From the NCBI GenBank assembly GCA_020051075.1, contig JAGVJP010000123.1:1-32585 (forward strand): a DNA stretch of 32,585 nt, given 5' to 3'. Under the pieces are notes generated by a model that worked only from the letters and a program-made list of their open reading frames with translations, was not told where the DNA came from and did no database searches. Positions 9,411 through 16,867 of the stretch are shown here, one piece after another. The position numbers and the translations under genes are program-made. This stretch comes from Parachlamydiales bacterium. Lineage in GTDB: Bacteria > Chlamydiota > Chlamydiia > Chlamydiales > Parachlamydiaceae. Each line of letters starts with the position of its first letter. Position 1 is the first letter of the stretch.

Positions 9411-10310
9411 TTAGAAATGTGAGGCTCCTTCTTTGATGGGGAAGAGGTGAAGGATGTAGGGGAAGAGCACCTCCATCGTTTCAGCAACGCCGCGGGAAGA
9501 ACCCGGCAATGTGATGATCAGAGTATCAGAGGCAAAGCCAGCCACACCTCTTGACAGCATCGCGTAGGGAGTGCGTTGCTGGCCATAGTGGCGCGCTGCC
9601 TCCATCAATCCCGGGATCTCACGATTGATCAGAGGACGCAGAGCTTCGGGGGTGCGGTCCCGTTTCGACAGGCCGGTTCCTCCTGTGGTAATCACCAGAT
9701 CATACTTCTGCTTGATGAGGCTTTCCACCTTTTCCCGAATCAACGTTTCATCATCGGGAAGAACAAGGTAGTCCACATCTAGATCTGATAATCGATTGAC
9801 GATGATCTTACCTGAAGTGTCTTCTTTCTGGCCGGCAGCAACGCTGTCTGAACAGACGATCACCATGGCGCGCAAGCCGGATCCCTTCATGCGGTAGTCT
9901 GACTTTCCTCCTGACTTCTCCAGAAGCTTAATCTGTCCTATCTCGATCTCTTTGTCGATCGGTTTCAACATATCGTAGATGGTGAGTGCGACCACGGAAG
10001 CTCCATGCATAGCCTCTACCTCGACACCGGTCTTGTAGATCGTCTTCACTTCACACTGTATCCTGATTTCTCTTTCAAGCAGTTCGAACGAGATCTTGGT
10101 ATATTCTATAGGGAGGGGATGGCAATCGGGGATCATATCTGCCGTTCGCTTGACGGCGAAAAGGCCGGCCGTACGGCTTACCTCTAGAACATCTCCTTTT
10201 GGAACGGTTTTGTTGCGAATGGCTTCCATCGTCTCATTCTTACCTACTTTTACCGTTGCTACTGCCTTAGAAGTGCGCTGTGTCTTAATTTTCTGCGTGA
10301 TATCAATCAT
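9411..10310 (-). CDS. moaCB: Bifunctional molybdenum cofactor biosynthesis protein MoaC/MoaB(MogA)
   Basis: [20 protein letters not shown] and TGVEVEAM (MoaC), then [25 protein letters not shown] and LPGS (MoaB/MogA). Start 10310 overlaps the moaE stop (ATGA). Confidence 0.92.
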   Translation of the reverse strand: MIDITQKIKTQRTSKAVATVKVGKNETMEAIRNKTVPKGDVLEVSRTAGLFAVKRTADMIPDCHPLPIEYTKISFELLEREIRIQCEVKTIYKTGVEVEAMHGASVVALTIYDMLKPIDKEIEIGQIKLLEKSGGKSDYRMKGSGLRAMVIVCSDSVAAGQKEDTSGKIIVNRLSDLDVDYLVLPDDETLIREKVESLIKQKYDLVITTGGTGLSKRDRTPEALRPLINREIPGLMEAARHYGQQRTPYAMLSRGVAGFASDTLIITLPGSSRGVAETMEVLFPYILHLFPIKEGASHF

Positions 10311-10732
10311 CGATTTACTTTCCATTGAGAATGTTGATTATCGAAAATCTCTTTACCCCAGATCGGAAGTTCTGCTTTTATCCTGTCGATCAAAGAACGT
10401 GTGGCATCAAAAGCAGCCTGTCTGTGCGGGGCAGAGATCAGCACAAATAAGGAGATGCTTCCTGCCGGGACTAGTCCCAAGCTGTGGCGAATATGAAGAG
10501 CTTTGATGGGAAACTGATCAAAGATTTGATCTGTTATTTTCTTTAGTTGCTCTTCAACCATCTCTTCAAAAGCGCTGTATTCGATTGCAACAACGTGATG
10601 ACCATCGATCCGATCACAACGCACTTGCCCTAAGAAGATCTCGTGGGCACCATTTTCACAGTCGTGACTGAGTAGTGTCAGAGCCTTAGTTATTGTGGAG
10701 TGGTCGATGGGACCTTCAGTAAAGAGTTTCAT
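10307..10732 (-). CDS. moaE: Molybdopterin synthase catalytic subunit
   Basis: [38 protein letters not shown]. Confidence 0.93.
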   Translation of the reverse strand: MKLFTEGPIDHSTITKALTLLSHDCENGAHEIFLGQVRCDRIDGHHVVAIEYSAFEEMVEEQLKKITDQIFDQFPIKALHIRHSLGLVPAGSISLFVLISAPHRQAAFDATRSLIDRIKAELPIWGKEIFDNQHSQWKVNR

Positions 10733-11714
10733 AGATAGCGTAGAGTTGGTTAAAACGGTTTGTCTTAGCTAGCAACATCGCTGCCTGCCGGCTGCGATTT
10801 CCTGAACGACAGACGAAAGCAATCTCTTTATCGGTGATCAGTTCATCTATCCTTAAGTGAAGCTCTGAGAGGGGGATGCGCTTTGCTATAGGGAAGACCG
10901 GCACCTCATTAGGCTCGCGTACATCAACCAGAAGGTAGCGTTCAGCGTTATCTCTATATTCCTTGGCAGAAAGCAGATGAACGGGGCATTTACTTTGGCC
11001 TGAGATCTTGGGTTTCTTGACAGCGAAGGGAAAAGTAACAAATTGCATTGTCAACACATTGAAAACAAGTAACTGTCCGACTAAAGGCTCGCCGATCCCC
11101 GTGATCAACTTGATGCATTCTGTGGCTTGCAACATCCCTGTCAGTCCCGGCAGTACCCCCAAGACTCCACTATCAGCACAGTCGGGGATCTTTTCAACAC
11201 TCTGTTTAGGAAATAGTTGAAGGTAGGTTGGGCTCCCACGATAGTTAAAGATTGCTACCTGCGCCTCATAACAGTGAATGGCGCCATAGATCCAAGCCTT
11301 ATTCAACGCCTCACAGCACTCGTCGATGAGATATCGCGTGTCAAAGTTGTCTGTACAGTCGATAACAAAATCATACTTGGAAATTATTGAAGAGGCATTT
11401 TCTCTTGTGAGATGGCAAGAATAGACTTCGGCGTTCACATGCGGGTTTAAATTATTGATGTAGGCAGCTGCTGCCGCGGCCTTATTTTCACCTAGCGTGG
11501 AGGTGCCGAAGAGCACTTGTCGCTGGAGGTTGCTCTCCTCAACAATATCGCCATCGACGATGCCTATGTTCCCCAGACCTGCAGCTGCAAGGTACTGGAG
11601 CACTGGGCAGCCTATCCCGCCAGCCCCTACAACGACTACTGATGTCTCTTTCAGTCGATTTTGTCCTTCTAGTCCAAATTCTGCAAGGCAGGTCTGTCGG
11701 ATATATCGGGACAT
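10716..11714 (-). CDS. moeB: Molybdopterin synthase adenylyltransferase MoeB with C-terminal rhodanese domain
   Basis: RYIRQ, VVGAGGIG, DGDIVEESNLQRQ, DCTDNF, CADSGVLG; rhodanese LVDVREPNE and CRSGNRS. Confidence 0.9.
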   Translation of the reverse strand: MSRYIRQTCLAEFGLEGQNRLKETSVVVVGAGGIGCPVLQYLAAAGLGNIGIVDGDIVEESNLQRQVLFGTSTLGENKAAAAAAYINNLNPHVNAEVYSCHLTRENASSIISKYDFVIDCTDNFDTRYLIDECCEALNKAWIYGAIHCYEAQVAIFNYRGSPTYLQLFPKQSVEKIPDCADSGVLGVLPGLTGMLQATECIKLITGIGEPLVGQLLVFNVLTMQFVTFPFAVKKPKISGQSKCPVHLLSAKEYRDNAERYLLVDVREPNEVPVFPIAKRIPLSELHLRIDELITDKEIAFVCRSGNRSRQAAMLLAKTNRFNQLYAIYETLY

Positions 11715-11716
11715 CT

Positions 11717-11956
11717 TTAGCCCCCTGAAAAAGGGGGAAGAATTGCTATGTCATCACTTGGTGTGAGAGGGTTCTCAAGGGATGAGATCGTTCTATTGAT
11801 CGCCACTAGATAGGGAATATTTCGGAGGATGGGATAATTTTCTTCCAGGTAGGAGCGCATCTCGGACACATTTTTCAGCGAGACATTCAAGGAGAGTTCA
11901 CTCGCTATCTTTTCTTTTAGAATGCCATAAAAGGTTACACGGTGATGAGTTTCCAT
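11717..11956 (-). CDS. moaD: Molybdopterin synthase sulfur carrier subunit (MoaD/ThiS family)
   Basis: 79 aa, VAIN, ends DIAILPPFSGG with the diagnostic C-terminal Gly-Gly. Confidence 0.9.
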   Translation of the reverse strand: METHHRVTFYGILKEKIASELSLNVSLKNVSEMRSYLEENYPILRNIPYLVAINRTISSLENPLTPSDDIAILPPFSGG

Positions 11957-12723
11957 GATGCTATCCCTAACACTAATGCCAATGCCCGTTTTATCCAGAT
12001 TTCTTGTGCAGGACCGCTACCCCACCAGGAACCGAACCATCCTCCAATCAGGACTACGCTGAACAATAGCACACTCTCTGCTGGAAAAAAAGCAAAATCT
12101 TTCCAGTGGTGCAGCTGGGTAAGCAGGCCCACGACGGAGTTAGCGAAGGTAAATAGGGCGGTGACAGCGGCTGTCTCTTTCACCGAAGCCCATCCAAAGA
12201 AGAGAATCACAGGACTCAGCAAGATGCCCCCGCCAATGCCAAGCAGCCCCGAAAGAAAGCCGATCGTTCCTCCAACAGCAGCGGCTGCCTTAAAATTGAT
12301 CCGAAAGCTGCCGCTCCCATCCTCTTGCAACTCCTTATCTAGGCCTGTGGCGAGTGCTAGTACACCATCCCTTGCGACTGACAGTCTGATAATAGGCGCT
12401 AAGAGCACGATACCGAGCAACGTTTTAAAGAGGGTGTGATCTAGAGTGATCGTTGAACCTATGATGGCGGCGGGAATAGAAGCCAAGGCAAAAGGATAAA
12501 ATTGCTGCCATTTGAAGTGTTTATTTATGTAGTAATGAACAAAAGAGATGAAAGAAACCATCACGTTGAGTGCTAAAGCGATGACCCGCATCGTATTGGT
12601 GGGCATCGACCAGAGCGCCATCACAGCGATAAAGCCGCTCGCGCCTCCATGGCCTACTGAGGCATAAAGCAATGAGATCAATCCCATCAGAATGACCATC
12701 CAGACGTCAAAAGATTCTAACAT
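11935..12723 (-). CDS. TauE/SafE (TSUP) family membrane transporter
   Basis: LYASVGHGGASG and GFLSGLLGIGGGI repeats, multiple hydrophobic segments. Start moved to ATG 12723, preceded by AAGGAG. Confidence 0.88.
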   Translation of the reverse strand: MLESFDVWMVILMGLISLLYASVGHGGASGFIAVMALWSMPTNTMRVIALALNVMVSFISFVHYYINKHFKWQQFYPFALASIPAAIIGSTITLDHTLFKTLLGIVLLAPIIRLSVARDGVLALATGLDKELQEDGSGSFRINFKAAAAVGGTIGFLSGLLGIGGGILLSPVILFFGWASVKETAAVTALFTFANSVVGLLTQLHHWKDFAFFPAESVLLFSVVLIGGWFGSWWGSGPAQEIWIKRALALVLGIASWKLITV

Positions 12724-13870
12724 CGACAAGTTCTCCTTTGCGGACTGTTTCAATTGCTTCAGGGATTGTGACCAGGCAGTTGGCTTTAGTGAAGGTGTGC
12801 AGCATGTAAGATTCTTGTCCTGTGAGGATCTCCACTTGATGACCATTGACAAAGCCTCTCAGGAATTGGGTGAGGCCTGCCTTCTTATGAAAATCGCTGG
12901 CCAGCGGCAACTGCAGAAATAGGGGGCTTTTGCTTTGCACAAGTGAGGCGATATAGAGATGGAAGCAAACCAGAGTAGAGACTGGATTTCCAGGTAGTCC
13001 AAAGATCAGTTTAGATCCCTTTTTTCCAAAGTAGAGCGGCTTTCCGGGTTTTTGCTTTACGCCATGGAAGATCTTTGTTACTCCTGCCTTCTCAAGCATG
13101 GGAACGACGTAGTCGTAGTCGCCGACAGAGACTCCTCCAGTGATGATCAAGAGATCGCATTTTTCCAACCCTTTCTCAATTTCTGCAAGAATTTGGTCGG
13201 GGTTGTCAGAAACATGCGTTACCGAAGCCGGAGATATCCCATGCTCTTTTAGAGTGGCAGAGAGGGTAGCTTTGTTGGAGTCGTAGATCTTGCCATCGCT
13301 TAATGGCGTGCCAGGTTCTATCACTTCGTTTCCTGTTGTCACGACAGCCACTGAGGGTCTTTGGATGACATCCACCTCGTTGATGCCTAGACCGGAGAGA
13401 TGCCCAATCATCGCCGCAGTGATGCGCTGCCCCTTTAAAAGGACCAAGTCCCCCTCTTTGAGGTGCGAACCCACTTCGCGTACATACATGCCCTTTTTTT
13501 CTGGTCTGGGGTCGAAGGAGACGCCTTTTGGATTCAGTCTGGCAAACTCCTGCATGACCATCGTGTCGGCGCCTAAAGGGACAGGGGCTCCAGTGAAGAC
13601 GCGAATGGCAGAACCCGGCTTTAAGGAGAAGGCTTTGGAACAGCCGGCGGCCACCTCATCGGACAGTGAGAGGACATCGGAGACATCAAGATCGTGAAAT
13701 CGGATCGCATATCCATCGACGGAGGATTGAACAAAGGGGGGAAGGGAAAAGGGTGCGTGAAGGTCAAAGGCGGAAAGCAATCCAACAGCCTGGTCGGTCG
13801 CTATCTTCACTGACTTAAACGTTGGTGTATGGCTTTTAATCAGTTGTGCGGCTTCATCGACGCCGATCAT
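12707..13870 (-). CDS. moeA: Molybdopterin molybdenumtransferase
   Basis: PPFVQSSVDGYA, RVFTGAPVPLGAD..MQE, TTGNE, DSN, TGGVSVGDYD, KPGKP, GLPGNPVS. Confidence 0.95.
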   Translation of the reverse strand: MIGVDEAAQLIKSHTPTFKSVKIATDQAVGLLSAFDLHAPFSLPPFVQSSVDGYAIRFHDLDVSDVLSLSDEVAAGCSKAFSLKPGSAIRVFTGAPVPLGADTMVMQEFARLNPKGVSFDPRPEKKGMYVREVGSHLKEGDLVLLKGQRITAAMIGHLSGLGINEVDVIQRPSVAVVTTGNEVIEPGTPLSDGKIYDSNKATLSATLKEHGISPASVTHVSDNPDQILAEIEKGLEKCDLLIITGGVSVGDYDYVVPMLEKAGVTKIFHGVKQKPGKPLYFGKKGSKLIFGLPGNPVSTLVCFHLYIASLVQSKSPLFLQLPLASDFHKKAGLTQFLRGFVNGHQVEILTGQESYMLHTFTKANCLVTIPEAIETVRKGELVDVRIF

Positions 13871-13871
13871 A

Positions 13872-14843
13872 TCATCCTCCGATTGAGATCATTGAACGGT
13901 TATTCATCTGGGAGTTGAGCTCCTGTCCGCCAAAGCCGGCAAATTTAGCTTCCACAGTCTGCTTGATCAGCGGGCGGATATCCTCCCCTTTCCGATAGGC
14001 TGTGATCAGGTCTGTCTCGCTCTGCGAAAATAGACAGTTCTTCATCTTTCCGTCGGCGGTGATGCGAAGACGGTTGCAGCCGCTGCAGAAGGGTTCTGTG
14101 ACCGAGCTGATCACCCCGAAGGAACCCATAAAACCCTTCACCTGGTATTTTTTGTCGGTGTCATTGGGGTGATCATGGAGCTTTTCGAATTCAAACTTTG
14201 TACCGATCTCTTCCAGCATCTGTTTGAGGCTGAAGACCTTTTCCTTCTCCCATGCATTGCCTTTGAAGGGCATGAACTCGATGAAGCGGATCTGGATGGG
14301 GACGTTCTGTGTCCATGCAACGAAGTCACAGAGCTCACTGTTGTTGAAGCCATTCATCACCACCACATTGAGTTTTACATGAAAATTCATTTTCAGTAGT
14401 GTGTCGATGTTGTTTTTCACTCGATTAAAACCGTCTATTCGGGTAATCTGCAAAAACTTTTCGGGGTGTAATGTGTCCAAGCTGACATTGATCGATCTGA
14501 GACCTATCTCCTTAAAGCAGCTCAAAAATTTTTCAAGGTTGAAACCGTTGGTGGTGAGGGAAAGCTTTAGAGGAAGTCGTCCGATACGCTGGAAGATGTC
14601 GAGAGCATCTCTTCGGACCAGAGGCTCGCCACCGGTGAAGCGCACTCGTTCGATGCCCATCTCGGCAAAAATGCCAACGATCCCTTCTATTTCCTCGGCA
14701 CTCATTAAGTGAGGGGATGGATGATGGCTCTCTCCAAAGGAAGCCACACAATACTGGCAACGGAAGTTGCAAGCATCGGTAAGAGACACTCTAAGGTAGT
14801 TGTGCACCCTCTGGAATTTATCTATAAGCTGATTTTGAGTCAT
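13872..14843 (-). CDS. moaA: GTP 3',8-cyclase (radical SAM)
   Basis: YLRVSLTDACNFRCQYC, FTGGEPL, NVSLDTL, RFIEFMP, FCSGCNRLRITADG..NCLF, C-terminal MISIGG. Confidence 0.96.
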   Translation of the reverse strand: MTQNQLIDKFQRVHNYLRVSLTDACNFRCQYCVASFGESHHPSPHLMSAEEIEGIVGIFAEMGIERVRFTGGEPLVRRDALDIFQRIGRLPLKLSLTTNGFNLEKFLSCFKEIGLRSINVSLDTLHPEKFLQITRIDGFNRVKNNIDTLLKMNFHVKLNVVVMNGFNNSELCDFVAWTQNVPIQIRFIEFMPFKGNAWEKEKVFSLKQMLEEIGTKFEFEKLHDHPNDTDKKYQVKGFMGSFGVISSVTEPFCSGCNRLRITADGKMKNCLFSQSETDLITAYRKGEDIRPLIKQTVEAKFAGFGGQELNSQMNNRSMISIGG

Positions 14844-14920
14844 AAGTAGCTAGGTTAATGAATCAAATAATTTAAAGTATAGGGAATTCAAACTCGAATT
14901 TGTGATCGTGTGTAACAATC

Positions 14921-15009
14921 ATCTCCCCAAAAAACGTAATTGCAATTTTAGGGGAAATTTAATAGAAAAAAATAGCCCCTAAAATTGCAATTACGTTTTT
15001 TGGGGAGAT
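14921..15009. repeat. Perfect 34-bp inverted repeat with a 21-bp AT-rich spacer
   Basis: 14921..14954 atctccccaaaaaacgtaattgcaattttagggg is the exact reverse complement of 14976..15009. Confidence 0.92.
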
Positions 15010-15028
15010 AAAATAAGGGTAAGGATAT

Positions 15029-15133
15029 ATGACAAAATTTATTGGCAGGGAAAAAGAACTTGAATCGCTTAAAGGACTACTTCGAAAAAAGACGCCTGAT
15101 TTATTTGTACGCAGGCTCTGCGCTAAAATTTAG
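15029..15133 (+). pseudogene. N-terminal stub of an AAA/archaeal-type ATPase gene
   Basis: AAGGA RBS then MTKFIGREKELESLKGLLRKKTPDLFVRRLCAKI*. FIGREKEL is the typical start of this ATPase family; the frame stops before a Walker A motif. Confidence 0.6.
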
Positions 15134-15138
15134 TTATT

Positions 15139-15900
15139 TTAATTTAGAGAAAAGTGGTTTAAAAGGCTTGAGAACAGAGTGCGACGCTCTCTTTCTATCT
15201 GCTTTAATGCCAAAAAAAGTGATCCTTTAATGTGTTTTTTTGTACATTCATGATAAGCGCTATATTCAGGATGAACCCCAGACAGGATAGCGCATCCGGT
15301 TCCTACCTGACATTTTACGATAGCAGCTGGTTGTTCTTCAATATCCGCATAACGGGCAACAACTGAAGTCGTGTGATATTGTTCGGCATCCACAAATGCA
15401 CATCCACCATTGTAATAGGCTGCTGTCAAAGATGAAGCAGATGATGATGAAACTAGATTGATTTTAGCTATTTGAGCCCCTTGTCCACTTTGATAATCAA
15501 ATTTTCCTAATCCATAAGCTGGACCACGTGCGACTCCTGGAAAGAATTTTAATTCTCTCGTAGCAAAAATTTCTAAGGGACCGCCTTGCTCAAATTCTAC
15601 CATTGCACTTCCATAATAGCCCCCAGCACAGATACCTAAAAAATTCCCCCCTTTCTCAACAAAATCTCTAATGTGATGATTTCCAGAGCCTTTTAAGGCT
15701 TGATGATAAGGGGTATCACGCCCCCCTGGAAAAATGACTAGGTGGGTCTCTTTTTGCCAATCTGTTCCTTGAAAAAGATCTTTATTTGCCCATGTAAGGT
15801 GGTATTTTTGATCGATTTTTTCATGTTTTAATGCAGATAAGAGGGAGGCGATGCAAAAACTATCGGCTCCATCATCTTTGTAAATTAAGATTTTTTTCAT
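15139..15900 (-). CDS. Stand-alone biotin-protein ligase N-terminal (BPL_N, glutamine amidotransferase-like) domain protein
   Basis: ILIYKDDGA, VIFPGGRDTPY, FLGICAGGYYG, YYNGG, LSGVHPEY; ATGA-coupled to bioY. Confidence 0.85.
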   Translation of the reverse strand: MKKILIYKDDGADSFCIASLLSALKHEKIDQKYHLTWANKDLFQGTDWQKETHLVIFPGGRDTPYHQALKGSGNHHIRDFVEKGGNFLGICAGGYYGSAMVEFEQGGPLEIFATRELKFFPGVARGPAYGLGKFDYQSGQGAQIAKINLVSSSSASSLTAAYYNGGCAFVDAEQYHTTSVVARYADIEEQPAAIVKCQVGTGCAILSGVHPEYSAYHECTKKHIKGSLFLALKQIERERRTLFSSLLNHFSLN

Positions 15901-16460
15901 GAATGCTTATGCTTCATTTGTAAATAAAGTGCGATTGAAACCGATTTAATCGTTTCACCAAATACAAAGGGGGTGAATCCCATTATCATCGCTGATTCAA
16001 AAGGAACAAATAACGAAAGCCACAAGACTCCAAGTCCGAGTTGGCAGAGACAAGAGAGGAGCAAAATGGGCAATGTCTTTGTGACTTGAAATGAAGTTTG
16101 TCGCTCAGTAAACCAACCTACGAGATATACCTGAAGCAGAAATCCTAAAAAATACCCTCCACATGAACCGAATAAACACATTAGCCCGAAACTCCCTCCT
16201 GCAAAGACAGGCAATCCAAGGCTTCCTTCAATAAGATAAGCAAGTACACTAAGCAATCCTTTACGACTCCCCAGGCTAACCCCGATAAACATCATGCCAA
16301 ATGTCTGCCCTGATAATGGGACAGGACTGAAATAAAGGGGCATACTAATCTGAGAGCAAAGAGCCAGAAATAAAGAAGCTGCAAGAACTTGCAAAATCGA
16401 AAAGAACACCTCTTTTTTTGAAGATTCAAAAGATAACGAATGAATGAGAGTTGCAACCAT
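15897..16460 (-). CDS. bioY: Biotin transporter BioY
   Basis: SQISMPL.FSPVPLSGQTFG, LGSRKG, YLIEGSLGLPVFAGG, GGYFLGF, PFVFGETIK. Start moved to ATG 16460 with AGGAGG RBS. Confidence 0.92.
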   Translation of the reverse strand: MVATLIHSLSFESSKKEVFFSILQVLAASLFLALCSQISMPLYFSPVPLSGQTFGMMFIGVSLGSRKGLLSVLAYLIEGSLGLPVFAGGSFGLMCLFGSCGGYFLGFLLQVYLVGWFTERQTSFQVTKTLPILLLSCLCQLGLGVLWLSLFVPFESAMIMGFTPFVFGETIKSVSIALYLQMKHKHS

Positions 16461-16548
16461 AAATCCTCCTAAGTTTGGAACGAGCATAGCAGGCAAATCT
16501 TTAAATCCGCAAGAAAAGTTGCGAGACGTTCGAGGGCTTTCGCATTCC

Positions 16549-16658
16549 TGAGTAACACACTATCCTGCCCTCTCCTTTTTATCCTCCCCATCCTGTTAAT
16601 TTTACAAGATGGGTAGGATAGGAAAGATGGTGGAAATGGCTCTAGGTAGTGTTACTTA
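16549..16658. mobile_element. Small MITE-like/hairpin element
   Basis: Terminal inverted repeats tgagtaacac / gtgttactta (9 of 10 match) and an internal hairpin, tatcctccccatcctgt (16580-16596) vs acaagatgggtaggata (16604-16620), 15 of 17 match. Confidence 0.4.
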
Positions 16659-16701
16659 TTTATATGAGGGGCAATGTCGCTTGGGTGTTCTAAATGATTA
16701 A

Positions 16702-16735
16702 CGTATTCAAGACGATTCATTTGATACGCGAATCG
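16702..16735. repeat. Degenerate core of the REP-like palindrome
   Basis: cgtattcaagacgattcatttgatacgcgaatcg matches the reverse complement of the 32488..32521 core (cgtatccaagacgattcgttggatacgcgaagcg) with 4 mismatches. An arm fragment, gggctttcgcattcc, lies at about 16534-16548. Confidence 0.7.
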
Positions 16736-16867
16736 CCAGTTCTGGACGACAGCATGGCAGAATTGATGATGTCATTGAGAATAAACCACAGAATGTTTAT
16801 TATTAGTGACTATTGATTAACAAAATCGTAGTATTTCTTAAAGTAAAATTCCGACTTGAAAATGTGT

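Noticed and set aside
14844..14920. Moco riboswitch or ModE box upstream of moaA
   Set aside because: The leader is short and AT-rich; I could not identify the conserved structure or consensus by eye. An Infernal/Rfam search would settle it.
15042..15230. 62-aa plus-strand ORF in the track
   Set aside because: TTG start, overlaps the BPL_N 3' end and has no motif. The ATG-15029 frame with an RBS is the better-supported remnant.
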